Shown piece after piece: positions 28,958 through 38,455 of a stretch of 47,466 nucleotides of DNA. The stretch covers positions 1 through 47,466 of the forward strand of contig JACRHB010000177.1 in assembly GCA_016217725.1 (NCBI GenBank). Direction: 5' to 3'. Numbering within the stretch: the first letter of the stretch is position 1; each line of letters starts with the position of its first letter. The notes beneath the pieces were generated by a model. That model had not been told where the DNA came from and searched no databases. It was given only the letters and a program-made list of their open reading frames with translations. Source of the DNA: Nitrospirota bacterium. GTDB lineage: Bacteria > Nitrospirota > Thermodesulfovibrionia > UBA6902. Position numbers and translations under genes: made by a program.

Positions 28958-30130
28958 ATGAACGGTAAGATTAAAAAACTTGTCACTCGTCACTCGTCAC
29001 TCGTCACTGTCCCAAACGGCTTCACCCTCATAGAGCTCGCAATCGTCCTCGTAATAGTAGGCATGCTGGTCGGACTGGGCGCAAGCATGATGGGGCCTTT
29101 AACAAAAAGGGCGAAGTTACATGAAACGAGGGAGATCGTCAAGAGCGTATATGAATCATTAATGGGCTATGCGGCAAGGAACAAAAATCTACCCGCTACT
29201 TTAGCGTCTCTTGGAGTAAGAACGACTGATGCATATAACCGACCGTTGGTTTACAATGCGATCACCTTCGCCAACCTCTGTACAAACACCGGCACATACA
29301 TAACCGTCAACGACAACAGCAGCGGAACGATGTCGACACAAACCGATATTGCATTCATAGTATTAGGCGAAGGGGAGAACAGGTGCAATCAGACAGGCGT
29401 TGCTTCTCCATTTGCCATTGCCGTCCAGGACACGGTAACGGCATGCGTGGACGGCTCGGATCCCAATGCCTTCTATGACGACATAGTAATGTACCAGGAC
29501 ATAAACGCCATCAGGGACAAGATCTGCAATGTATTTAAAATAGTGACGGATAGTCTGCCGACGGGAACGGAAGAAACGGCATATCCAGACTCTAATTTAG
29601 AGGCAACAGACGGGACCACGCCATATACCTGGTCCATACTTTCCGGCTCGTTGCCCTCGGGACTATCATTGCAAAATAGAACCTCGGGGACTTGCGGCTC
29701 TGCCGCATGTACGTTATCCAATCCATGTGGATGTATTACAGGAATGCCGACAATGGACGGCAGTTTTAATTTTACAGTTAATGTTGCAGACAACGAAACT
29801 CCTAACAGGACGGCAACAAAGAGTCTTTCCATTACAATAAACCCGAATGATCCGAGGATCACCACGGAGTTTCTGACATATTGCACTGTTAATCAACCAT
29901 ATCCTGGCACTACGCTGAGTGCTTCAGGCGGAAAGCCTTCATATACATGGGCGTTGGCGGGAGGAAGCAGTCTGCCTACGGGTTTAAATTTAAATGCAAC
30001 TACGGGTGAAATTTCCGGAACGCCGACTGTAGCGGGGACATATCCATTTACCATAACGGTTACTGACAGTGGTTCACCATCAAGAAGCACATCCAAGACC
30101 TTATCTATCGCAATTAATCCTTTACCTTAA
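28958..30130 (+). CDS. pilin-like protein with two C-terminal putative Ig domains
   Basis: NG/FTLIELAIVL motif; two GG..PYTW...GSLP.GL.L...G.I.G.PT..G...FTV.V.D units. Confidence 0.8.
   Translation: MNGKIKKLVTRHSSLVTVPNGFTLIELAIVLVIVGMLVGLGASMMGPLTKRAKLHETREIVKSVYESLMGYAARNKNLPATLASLGVRTTDAYNRPLVYNAITFANLCTNTGTYITVNDNSSGTMSTQTDIAFIVLGEGENRCNQTGVASPFAIAVQDTVTACVDGSDPNAFYDDIVMYQDINAIRDKICNVFKIVTDSLPTGTEETAYPDSNLEATDGTTPYTWSILSGSLPSGLSLQNRTSGTCGSAACTLSNPCGCITGMPTMDGSFNFTVNVADNETPNRTATKSLSITINPNDPRITTEFLTYCTVNQPYPGTTLSASGGKPSYTWALAGGSSLPTGLNLNATTGEISGTPTVAGTYPFTITVTDSGSPSRSTSKTLSIAINPLP
28982..29009. repeat. (GTCACTC)4 tract in the prepilin leader
   Basis: gtcactc x3 + gtcactg, encoding VTRHSSLVT. 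Confidence 0.85.
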
Positions 30131-32226
30131 ACCAGCCCCAACACAATCTCCCGCTCTTCAATATCAACCCGCTCTATCCGCACGTTTACCTCTTTCCCGA
30201 TGGTAAACGTCTTCTTCCTGCGCCGGCCTATGAGCCTGTAGCTTTTCTCGTCAAACACATAATAGTCGTCGGGCATGGACGATACGTGCAGAAAGCCTTC
30301 AACGAAAAAGTCCTTCAACTGTATCTTCAGGCCGTGTGATGAGATGTTTGAGACTAGGCCCGCATATTCATCGCCCACCTTGTCTTTCATGAACCATACC
30401 CTCATGGCGTTGACTATCTCTCTCTCGGCTTCATCGGCAACCCGTTCGGTCTTTGAAGAATTGGCGGCTATATCCGGCAGCAGTTTTTCAAGATGCTCAC
30501 GCTTCTGCTTTGAAAATTTATTCCTGGTCAGCGCGTCTTTTAGTATCCTGTGGACGACGAGGTCGGGATACCTTCTTATCGGGGAGGTGAAATGCGTGTA
30601 GCTTTCCGACGCGAGTCCGAAATGCCCGGTGTTCTCGGTGGAATATTTCGCCTGTTTCAGAGAACGCAGGAGGAGGATGTTCAGCAGGGATTCCTCGACG
30701 GTTCCCTTTATCTTCTTTAAGAGCGCCTGAAAGGTATTCGCTTCCGCCTTTTTAAAGTGCATGCCGAAGGAAGCGAAGAGCGGTCTTAATTCATCAAGCT
30801 TAAAAGGGTCCGGCTTTTCATGTATCCTGTATATCGACGGGAATTCCAGGCTCTCGAGATGTGAAGCGACCGCCTCGTTTGCGGCTATCATAAATTCTTC
30901 GATCATCATGTGGGCGAGATTTCTCTCAGCCTTGATTATCGCCTCCGGCATCCCCTGTATGTTCAGGAGCACCTCCGGCTCGGGCAGGTCGAAATCGAGG
31001 CTGCCCCGCTTTATCCTCTGCCTTCTGAGTATTTCGCAAAGCTCCTCCATCAGCTCGAAGCTTTCAAGGAGGTATTCGTATCTCTTCCTTTCTTCCAGGT
31101 CCTTATCGTCAAGTATCTTTCTGACGGAGGTGTAGGTCATCCTCTCGTTGCTGTGTATGACGCTCGGATAAAAGTCTTTCCTGAGCATCTGCCCCTTGTT
31201 GTCGAAGCGCATCTCGACGGTAAACGTCGGCCGGTCCTGACGCGGCACAAGGCTGCACAGGTCGTTTGAGAGCTTTTCGGGGAGCATGGGGATTACGCTG
31301 CCCGGGAAATACACGCTCGTGCCCCTGCGCCTCGCCTCAAAGTCGACAGCGGAATCCCACGGCACGTAGTGGCTCACGTCCGCAATGTGAACATAAAGAA
31401 TAAAACCGTCCGGCGTCCTGTTTATCGATATAGCATCGTCAAAATCTTTCGCCGTCTCTCCGTCAATTGTAACGGTCAAAAGCTTCCGGCAGTCAACTCT
31501 CTTCCGCAGGGGGATCTCTCCTCCAAGCTCCTTTACCTCCGAAAGCACTGAAGGCGGGAATTTGCGCTGAAGCGAATATTCTTCAACGATCATGTCTATC
31601 TCTACGCCCGGCTCAATAATATCCGGCAGGATTTTTAAGACCCTTGCCTCAGCCGGTTTTACGGAAGTCGGGTAGGAAGAAATCTCGACGACTACGTTAT
31701 CGCCGTTCCTGGCCCCCGCCCTGCTGCCGGGACTGATCAATATGCCGAAGGGTATTTTCCTGCTCTTGGGTTTTACATAGAAGATATTCCCTTCATGGTA
31801 AAACCTCCCCACAACTTTCTTCTGCGCCCGCTCAAGGACTTGTATGATGCGGCCTTCCCTCTTTGAGGGACTTTCTATCCGGACCACAACCCGGTCCCCG
31901 GACATGGCTCCTGACGTTCTCCTGGGCGGGATGAAAAGGTCGCGCGCGCCGCGCTTGTCGGGGATCACAAAACCGAATCCGTCCCTGTGCGCCTCAAAGT
32001 ACCCGGTGGTGAGGTTCATCTTTTCAGCGGGGCCGTAAAGACCGTAACGGGTCTTAACGGCGTCCCCCGATTGGACAAAAGACTTGAGTGCCCTCTTTAT
32101 CGCTCCGGATTCTCTCTTGTGAAACTTCAGGGCCTGCGTTAGCTCCCTGACGCTGACGGGTCTTTCGGTTTTTGTTTTGAGAAAATTCAGAATGGCTTCT
32201 TTTATCTTAATGTCTTCCGGGATCAT
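30127..32226 (-). CDS. rnr: ribonuclease R
   Basis: HRDGFGF, TIDGETAKDFDDA, HIADVSHYV, HFTSPIRRYPD, C-terminal S1; start at MIPED. Confidence 0.95.
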   Translation of the reverse strand: MIPEDIKIKEAILNFLKTKTERPVSVRELTQALKFHKRESGAIKRALKSFVQSGDAVKTRYGLYGPAEKMNLTTGYFEAHRDGFGFVIPDKRGARDLFIPPRRTSGAMSGDRVVVRIESPSKREGRIIQVLERAQKKVVGRFYHEGNIFYVKPKSRKIPFGILISPGSRAGARNGDNVVVEISSYPTSVKPAEARVLKILPDIIEPGVEIDMIVEEYSLQRKFPPSVLSEVKELGGEIPLRKRVDCRKLLTVTIDGETAKDFDDAISINRTPDGFILYVHIADVSHYVPWDSAVDFEARRRGTSVYFPGSVIPMLPEKLSNDLCSLVPRQDRPTFTVEMRFDNKGQMLRKDFYPSVIHSNERMTYTSVRKILDDKDLEERKRYEYLLESFELMEELCEILRRQRIKRGSLDFDLPEPEVLLNIQGMPEAIIKAERNLAHMMIEEFMIAANEAVASHLESLEFPSIYRIHEKPDPFKLDELRPLFASFGMHFKKAEANTFQALLKKIKGTVEESLLNILLLRSLKQAKYSTENTGHFGLASESYTHFTSPIRRYPDLVVHRILKDALTRNKFSKQKREHLEKLLPDIAANSSKTERVADEAEREIVNAMRVWFMKDKVGDEYAGLVSNISSHGLKIQLKDFFVEGFLHVSSMPDDYYVFDEKSYRLIGRRRKKTFTIGKEVNVRIERVDIEEREIVLGLV

Positions 32227-32250
32227 GGCATCAGCACACAAAACGTTATC

Positions 32251-32303
32251 CGTGTCCGGTTAACGTGTCCGTAAAATATAACGGACAACGGTCACGGTCA
32301 ACG
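32251..32303. repeat. CGTGTCCGGTTAACGTG-family element
   Basis: cgtgtccggttaacgtgtccgtaaaa identical to 42884-42909. Confidence 0.85.
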
Positions 32304-32314
32304 TCCCTACTAAA

Positions 32315-33892
32315 TTATACTTTATCCTTCGTCGCCCAATTTATTATATCGTTCACCATCGCCTCAAGGGTTGCCTCTTTCGGCATGATGCTGACTTTCA
32401 AGCCCGCCTTTTCAACCGCTTTTGCGGTCACGGGACCGATTACGGCGATTGCAACGTCTTTTAGAAACACGAGGGCGTCTTCTCCCATTATCTCCATGTA
32501 ATTGTTGAAAGTCGCCGCGCTGGTAAATGTGGCGATTGTGATCTTCCCTTGCTTTAAAAATCTCTTTAATCGCTTCCCGTGAGTCTCCGGCTTCACGGCC
32601 CTGTACGCCGTGACAACGTCGATCTCCCCGCCGAGCTCCCGTATCTTTTCAGGGAGAATCTCCCGTGCCGCTTCCGCCCTTGCAAGAAGAAACTTTGTCC
32701 CTCTCAGTGCAGAAGCGCCGGAGTGCAGCAGTTCAGAAGTGTTATTATTTTTTCCTTCTGCACTTTTGCACTTTTGCACTATTGCACTTATCAACCCTTC
32801 CGCATTGAACTCCTCCGGCACCAGATCAACTTTAATTCCAAACTTATTTATCGCCGCAGCGGTCTTTGAGCCGACGGCGCAAATCTTTATCCCCTTCAAA
32901 TCCCTGATGTCCCGTTCCCGCTCAAATAACCGCTGAAAGAAATATTTCACACCGTTTCCGCTTGTAAGGATCAGCCAGTTATAGGATTCAATTTTATCTA
33001 TAGCCTTATCCATTTCCGTCCAGTCTTCAGGCGGAACAATTTTGATGGTGTGAAATTCAATTATTTCTGCGCCGAGGTCTTCCAGCATTTCAAGGCTCGT
33101 TGTGTGCTCTCTTGTAATGAGAATACGCTGACCGAAAAGCGGCTTCTTTTCAAACCATTTGAGAGCTTCTCTTAATTTTACAACCTCACCGACTACCATC
33201 ACGGCAGGCGGTTTGATCTCGTTCTCCTTTACCAAATCGGGTATATTCCCCAAATTGCCGACGAGGGTCGTCTGGTCGGCCCTCGTGCCCCAGCGCACTA
33301 CGGCTACGGGGGTTTCAGGGCTTCTGCCGTTTTCGATCAGACGCCGGCATACCTGTGAAATATTTTTGACCGTCATAAGGAAGACAATTGTGCCTACGCC
33401 TGTTGCAAGCTTTGCCCAATCAATGGAGCTTTCTTTTTTCGTGACGTCTTCATAGCCGGGGACAATCGCAAGAGATGATGAATACTGCCTGTGTGTGAGA
33501 GGAATTCCGGCATAAGCAGGCGCCGCGATTGCGGAGCTGACTCCCGGCACCACTTCAAATTCTATCCCCTCTTTTACCAGCGCCTCGGCCTCTTCCCCGC
33601 CCCTGCCGAAGACAAAAGGGTCGCCGCCTTTCAAGCGGCATATGATCTTACCAGTCTTTGCCTTTTCAACAAGCGTCCGGTTTATCTCATCCTGCGTCAT
33701 GTCGTGCTGCCCGCCGCGCTTGCCCGCATAGATGAATTCAGCGTCGTGGTTAATGTAGTTCAGAACCTGTGCATTCAGATGGAAGTCATAAACCACCACT
33801 TCTGCCTTTTTAAGACACTTAAGCCCCTTCACCGTAAGAAGGCCGATATCACCGGGACCGGCTCCGACTATGTAGACTTTGCCTTTTTGCAT
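32315..33892 (-). CDS. cobA: uroporphyrinogen-III C-methyltransferase / uroporphyrinogen-III synthase fusion (CobA-HemD)
   Basis: VGAGPGD, RLKGGDPFVFGRGGEE, PGVSS; HemD half TSGNGV, FTSA, IGPVT. Confidence 0.93.
   Translation of the reverse strand: MQKGKVYIVGAGPGDIGLLTVKGLKCLKKAEVVVYDFHLNAQVLNYINHDAEFIYAGKRGGQHDMTQDEINRTLVEKAKTGKIICRLKGGDPFVFGRGGEEAEALVKEGIEFEVVPGVSSAIAAPAYAGIPLTHRQYSSSLAIVPGYEDVTKKESSIDWAKLATGVGTIVFLMTVKNISQVCRRLIENGRSPETPVAVVRWGTRADQTTLVGNLGNIPDLVKENEIKPPAVMVVGEVVKLREALKWFEKKPLFGQRILITREHTTSLEMLEDLGAEIIEFHTIKIVPPEDWTEMDKAIDKIESYNWLILTSGNGVKYFFQRLFERERDIRDLKGIKICAVGSKTAAAINKFGIKVDLVPEEFNAEGLISAIVQKCKSAEGKNNNTSELLHSGASALRGTKFLLARAEAAREILPEKIRELGGEIDVVTAYRAVKPETHGKRLKRFLKQGKITIATFTSAATFNNYMEIMGEDALVFLKDVAIAVIGPVTAKAVEKAGLKVSIMPKEATLEAMVNDIINWATKDKV
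32706..32788. repeat. AGTGCA octamer inverted repeat inside the HemD domain
   Basis: agtgcaga-agcgccgg-agtgcagc-agttcaga ... tctgcact-tttgcact-tttgcact-attgcact. Confidence 0.8.
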
Positions 33893-34188
33893 GGTTTAAT
33901 TATATATGAACAAATGGAGGCTTAATTGCATCCAACTAAAACGTTATTGATGATAACATAATCATCCGATGTTCGGGTAGGAATGGGAATATACGGTATC
34001 GGGTATTCACTCCATTGCCTCAAATAGAAATCGGGGAATAGAGATATCTATTTTAAACAATCCCTGCAATGCATGGCTGACAAAGAGTTTGAGCTTAAAG
34101 ATATAACAACTTTATTACTCTCAAAATTTTATGATGTCATAAAATATACCGGCATGGTAAAATTAAGTAATTGAAAGGAGGAGGGCTT

Positions 34189-34410
34189 ATGACAACAGCA
34201 TCTATAAAAGATAATCTCTTTGCACAACTCGACAAGCTTCCTTACGACCTCCAGCTTCGTGTGCTTGATTTTGTTAAAACCTTAATCCCTAAAGGAGTCG
34301 AAGGGAAAAGCCTTCTGCGATTTGAAGGAGCTATTTCCGCTGATGATCTGCAACTAATGTCAAAAATTATAGAAGAAAACTGTGAGAAGGTAGATACCGG
34401 TGAATGGTAG
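34189..34410 (+). CDS. putative antitoxin (VapB-like) of a type II TA pair
   Basis: 73 aa, LP..LQ.RVLDFV pattern, AGGAGG SD, overlaps start of a PIN fragment. Confidence 0.65.
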   Translation: MTTASIKDNLFAQLDKLPYDLQLRVLDFVKTLIPKGVEGKSLLRFEGAISADDLQLMSKIIEENCEKVDTGEW

Positions 34411-34522
34411 ATTTCTCCTCGATACAAATATAATTATTGCCCTTTTTGCCGAAGATCCGAAAATTCATGAACGAATAACAAATGCAAATGAAGTGTTTGT
34501 ACCGATATCAATTATCCTCTAA
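34400..34522 (+). pseudogene. vapC: truncated PIN-domain toxin (VapC-like)
   Basis: GTG start, MNGRFLLDTNIIIALF...EVFVPISIIL-stop; only 40 aa, ends at the ihfB stop. Confidence 0.75.
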
Positions 34523-34800
34523 ACCTTATTCACCATCTCGCGCAGATCTTTGCCTACCTTGAAATACGGGACCTTCTTCGGCGGGACTTCAACGGCTTCG
34601 CCGGTCTTGGGGTTTCTCGCCTTTCTGGCGTTTCTGCTGCGGAGCCTGAAATTGCCGAAGCCCCTTATCTCGACCTTTCCGCCTTTGGCAAGGGCTTCTT
34701 TGATGCTTTCAAATATCGTCTCTATAATGACCTCCACCTGCTTTTTCGACAACCCTTCCAGCTTCTCCGAGATCCTTTCAATAAGAACAGACTTTGTCAT
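34519..34800 (-). CDS. ihfB: integration host factor beta subunit (IHF/HU family)
   Basis: MTKS.LIE, VEIRGFGNF, ARNPKTGE, PYFKVGK; downstream of rpsA-sppA. Confidence 0.85.
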   Translation of the reverse strand: MTKSVLIERISEKLEGLSKKQVEVIIETIFESIKEALAKGGKVEIRGFGNFRLRSRNARKARNPKTGEAVEVPPKKVPYFKVGKDLREMVNKV

Positions 34801-34815
34801 AGCTACCTCCCGTGA

Positions 34816-34885
34816 TTAGTTTTTAGTTTTTAGTTTTTAGTTTTTAGTTAAGAGACTAACAACTAACAACTAACAACTAACAACT
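34816..34885. repeat. heptamer tandem inverted repeat
   Basis: (ttagttt)x4-ttagtta, agag, (actaaca)x4. Confidence 0.9.
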
Positions 34886-34889
34886 GTTT

Positions 34890-35738
34890 TCACGGCGTCA
34901 TTAAATATTTCAGGCTTATCCCCTGAAACACGTTATCTATAAGCTTTCTGGGCAGCTCGCCTTTCAGCAGCTCGAGGAAACCGAACTTTTCCTTTTTCTG
35001 CACCACCTGCGGCTCTCCTTTGATCCCGGTCATTTCTCCGGCTAATTTAATCGCATCCTGAAGGTTGCCCAGCTCATCGATAAGCCCGAGCTCTTTCGCC
35101 ATCTTTCCGGTGAAAACGCGCCCGTCGGCAAGCTTTCTGATTTCTTCGAATTTCATCTTCCTGCCGTCCGAGACCGCGCGGATAAACTGGTCGTGCACGT
35201 CGTCGAGCACCGTCTGAAGGATCTGTTTTTCTTCCGGCTTCAAAGCTTTAAAGACCGACGCAATGTCTTTATGCTCCCCGCTTTTTATTACCTGCGTTTC
35301 AACCCCTATTTTCTTCATGAGGCCTTCAACGTTCGGGATCTCCATTATCACGCCGATGGAGCCCGTCAGGGTTCCTGCGTTTGCAACTATCTTGTCGGCG
35401 GGGGCGGAGATGTAATAACCGCCGGAGGCGGCTACGGTCCCCATGGAGACGATGACCTTCTTCTTTTCTTTTATCTTCTTGATCTCTTCATATATTTCCT
35501 GAGACGGAGCCACTGCGCCGCCCGGACTGTCAACCCTGAGGATTATGGCCTTTATCGAACCGTCTTTTGCATGCTCCTTTAATTCTTCGATGACGTCGGT
35601 CGAATCAATGATGACGCCGGAAACGCGCACAAGCGCAACCTTATCCCCCAACGGGCCCTTATTGGTGATCGTCATCAAAAGGCTCAGTATTATTACGACC
35701 ACAAAAACAATGATGAAAAAAATCAAAACCTTCTTCAT
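34890..35738 (-). CDS. sppA: signal peptide peptidase SppA (short form)
   Basis: RVDSPGG, AASGGYY, TGSIGV, KSGEHKD, DGRVFTG. Confidence 0.95.
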   Translation of the reverse strand: MKKVLIFFIIVFVVVIILSLLMTITNKGPLGDKVALVRVSGVIIDSTDVIEELKEHAKDGSIKAIILRVDSPGGAVAPSQEIYEEIKKIKEKKKVIVSMGTVAASGGYYISAPADKIVANAGTLTGSIGVIMEIPNVEGLMKKIGVETQVIKSGEHKDIASVFKALKPEEKQILQTVLDDVHDQFIRAVSDGRKMKFEEIRKLADGRVFTGKMAKELGLIDELGNLQDAIKLAGEMTGIKGEPQVVQKKEKFGFLELLKGELPRKLIDNVFQGISLKYLMTP

Positions 35739-35875
35739 AACAACCTTACACTGGAGATAAGCCGTAAACTCCGATTGAAATATTTCTCTGCGTCAGAGTC
35801 ATACAATCAATTGAAAATTTATTAAAGCAGCAAGACTTACCTTCGCCTGAAAAGAACACAGGGCGCGCTCTGAGG

Positions 35876-37453
35876 TCAAGCAATCATCATCTTCAGGCTG
35901 AGATCTATCTTCCTCTCGGCAGGATTGACGTTTATCACCCTCGACGTCAATTCGGTCCCTAGCTTGAAAAGCTCTTCCAGCTTCTCATCCGGTTTCCTGG
36001 TTATCTCCGACTTGTGCATCAAGCCTTCCACTCCGTCCTCAAGCTCTACAAAAATGCCGAAATCCGTAATGCTTACAACCTTCCCGTTTACCGTATCGCC
36101 CAGTTTGTATTTATTGGGGATTTCATCGGCCCACGGATCGGGCTTCAATTCTTTAAGCCCTACGGAAATCCGCTCTTTTTCAGGCTCTATGTTCAAGATC
36201 ACGACTTCGATCTGCTGTCCTTTCTTCAGGACGTCGGAGGGATGTTTGACACGTTTTACCCAGGAAAGATCGGATATGTGAAGCAGCGCGTCGATACCCT
36301 CTTCCAGCGCAATGAAAGCGCCGAAATCCGCAAAGCTTTTTACCTTCCCGGTAATCCTTTGGCCGACGGAGTATCTGCTCCTTGCAACGTCCCACGGATT
36401 AGGCTTCAATTGCTTTATGCTTAAAGAGATCTTCTTATCTTCTTTGTTGACTTTTAATATGGCCGCTTCAACCTTATCGCCTACGGAAAAATATTTGGAA
36501 GGCTTAACGGACTTCTCCACCCAGTCGATCTCGCTGATATGTATAAGCCCTTCGACCCCTTCCTCAAGCTCCACAAAAATGCCGTAATCCGTCGTCGTGA
36601 TGATCTTCCCTAAAATTTTTTGGCCGACAGGATACTTTTCTTCAACGGAGTTCCAGGGATCGGATTTTTTCTGTTTATAGCCGAGGGTTACTTTCGCGGT
36701 CTCGGAATTAAACGACAGGATAACCACCTCAACGGCGTCGCCTACGCTGAATAATTCCCCCGGATGGCTGATCCTCCCCCATGACATATCGGATATATGC
36801 AGCAAACCGTCGATCCCTCCGAGGTCTATAAAGGCGCCGTAATCGGTCAGGTTTTTAACCGTGCCTTTTATAATGGCGCCTTCCTGCAGCTTATTCAGCG
36901 TTTGCTCCCTCAGCTTGCTCCTTTCTTCCTCAAGGAGCACGCGTCTTGATACGATCACGTTTGAGCCTTTGTGATTCAGATTAAGCACCTTGAACGCGCA
37001 GCTCTGTCCTATGAGGTTATCTATATTCTTTGGGGCTTTTAAATCTATTTGAGAACCCGGAAGGAATGCGCTTATGCCGCCGATGCTTACGGTCAGTCCA
37101 CCCTTGACCTTTCCGGTAATCTTTCCGTCTACCGCGATGCCTTTATGAAAGGCGTTCTCGAGCATGTCCCAGGTCCTTATTCCCTCGGCCTTCAGCCTCG
37201 AAAGTTTTACAAACCCGTCGGCGTCATGCATGTTCTCGATAAACACCTCCACGTCGTCTCCGGGCTTCAGACATTTGATCTCGTTTTCAGGCAATTCGCT
37301 GATGGGTATAAATCCTTCGCATTTCGTTCCTACGTCTACGATAACCCCGTCAGGCTTTACCTTTAAGACGTTGCCCTTTACGATCGCCCTTTCTTTCAAT
37401 CCCCTGAAAGTGTTGGCATAAAGTTTTTCCAGATCACTCACTTGTGGTTCCAT
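35876..37453 (-). CDS. rpsA: 30S ribosomal protein S1
   Basis: Six S1 repeats, AFLPGSQID, DYGAFIDLGGIDGLLHISD. Confidence 0.95.
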   Translation of the reverse strand: MEPQVSDLEKLYANTFRGLKERAIVKGNVLKVKPDGVIVDVGTKCEGFIPISELPENEIKCLKPGDDVEVFIENMHDADGFVKLSRLKAEGIRTWDMLENAFHKGIAVDGKITGKVKGGLTVSIGGISAFLPGSQIDLKAPKNIDNLIGQSCAFKVLNLNHKGSNVIVSRRVLLEEERSKLREQTLNKLQEGAIIKGTVKNLTDYGAFIDLGGIDGLLHISDMSWGRISHPGELFSVGDAVEVVILSFNSETAKVTLGYKQKKSDPWNSVEEKYPVGQKILGKIITTTDYGIFVELEEGVEGLIHISEIDWVEKSVKPSKYFSVGDKVEAAILKVNKEDKKISLSIKQLKPNPWDVARSRYSVGQRITGKVKSFADFGAFIALEEGIDALLHISDLSWVKRVKHPSDVLKKGQQIEVVILNIEPEKERISVGLKELKPDPWADEIPNKYKLGDTVNGKVVSITDFGIFVELEDGVEGLMHKSEITRKPDEKLEELFKLGTELTSRVINVNPAERKIDLSLKMMIA

Positions 37454-37467
37454 TGGTTTATATTATA

Positions 37468-37715
37468 TTACCTCCTGACAAAAATTTCTCTAATTTTCTT
37501 TGCTGCGTCCTCAATTATCGTTTGAGGCGTTAAAGCGCTTCCTGAAATCCCCACCTTGTCCACCCCTTTAAACCACTTTTTAAAACATCCCTCGCGGTTT
37601 CAATATGATATACTTTAGCACAAACCTCTCACTAAAGTTTAATAATTAATGATTTCCATGACGGGGTTGACCCCGAAACAAAAAAATCCGCTTTCTCAGC
37701 CGCTATTATCTGCAT
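37468..37715 (-). pseudogene. ispH: degraded ispH (lytB) remnant
   Basis: N-term MQIIAAEKA..(G)F/CFGV; C-term VYHIETA../WFKGVDKVGISGSALTPQTIIED; frameshifts and large central deletion; cmk-plsC-ispH-rpsA position. Confidence 0.8.
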
Positions 37716-38334
37716 ACTGCCTTTTCAATTCCTTTACGGCATCCATGACCTTCTCGCTTATCGCCTCATGCTGCAGATGCTCGCCTGAACCTTTTCCCTC
37801 TTCAATAGAAGTATAATATATCGGTTTACCGAATACCACTGAAATCTTTGCTCTCTTAAGCCATTTGGCGTCCACGGGCAGCGCCTTGTCGGACCCTATA
37901 ATGAGGGTCGGGACCACAGGGGCTCTGCTTAGAGACATTATCATGCCGACGCCGCGCTTGGCTTTGAGAAATTCGCCGGTCTCGCTCCTCCTTCCCTCGG
38001 GAAAGATCGCAATAAGCTCACCCTTCCTTAGTCTCCTGACCGTTTCTTTTATCGTGGACGGCCGGGTTCTTTCTCTGTCAACAGGGAATGCCGCCTCTTT
38101 TATCATCCAGCCCAATACGGGAATATTAAAAAGCCCTTTTCTCGCCATAAAGGTGGCCCTCCTCGGCGTCACGGATCCCAATATCGGAGGGTCGAGGTAG
38201 CTGATATGGTTGGCGGCGACAATTACTCCGCCTTCCGCCGGAATATTCTCCTTCCCTTTAACAATCAGCCCGCCGTTGATGCGGCATATAAGTCTTATTG
38301 TAAATGCGACAAGCTTGTATATAAGAGCGTACAT
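37696..38334 (-). CDS. plsC: 1-acyl-sn-glycerol-3-phosphate acyltransferase
   Basis: NHISYLD, FPVDR, FPEGRRS. Confidence 0.9.
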   Translation of the reverse strand: MYALIYKLVAFTIRLICRINGGLIVKGKENIPAEGGVIVAANHISYLDPPILGSVTPRRATFMARKGLFNIPVLGWMIKEAAFPVDRERTRPSTIKETVRRLRKGELIAIFPEGRRSETGEFLKAKRGVGMIMSLSRAPVVPTLIIGSDKALPVDAKWLKRAKISVVFGKPIYYTSIEEGKGSGEHLQHEAISEKVMDAVKELKRQYADNSG

Positions 38335-38347
38335 GAATATTTATATG

Positions 38348-38441
38348 CCCTCTCCCCCCTTGCGGGAGAGGGTTAGGGAGAGGGGGATTTAATAAGCTTT
38401 TCTCACCCTCCCCTTAATCCCCTCCCATCAAGGGAGGGGAA
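38348..38441. repeat. doublet of C/G-run palindromic elements
   Basis: ccctctcccccttgcgggagagggttaggg.. and ccccttaatcccctcccatcaagggagggga. Confidence 0.85.
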
Positions 38442-38455
38442 GTATCTCAAGCAGC

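Noticed and set aside
33925-34140. AT-rich spacer as a gene remnant or sRNA
   Set aside because: No recognisable translation or structure
34816-34885. Tandem repeats as a CRISPR array
   Set aside because: 7-bp units without unique spacers; no cas genes; the same holds for all other tracts
35740-35875. rpsA-sppA spacer as a structured RNA
   Set aside because: No convincing pairing or known motif seen
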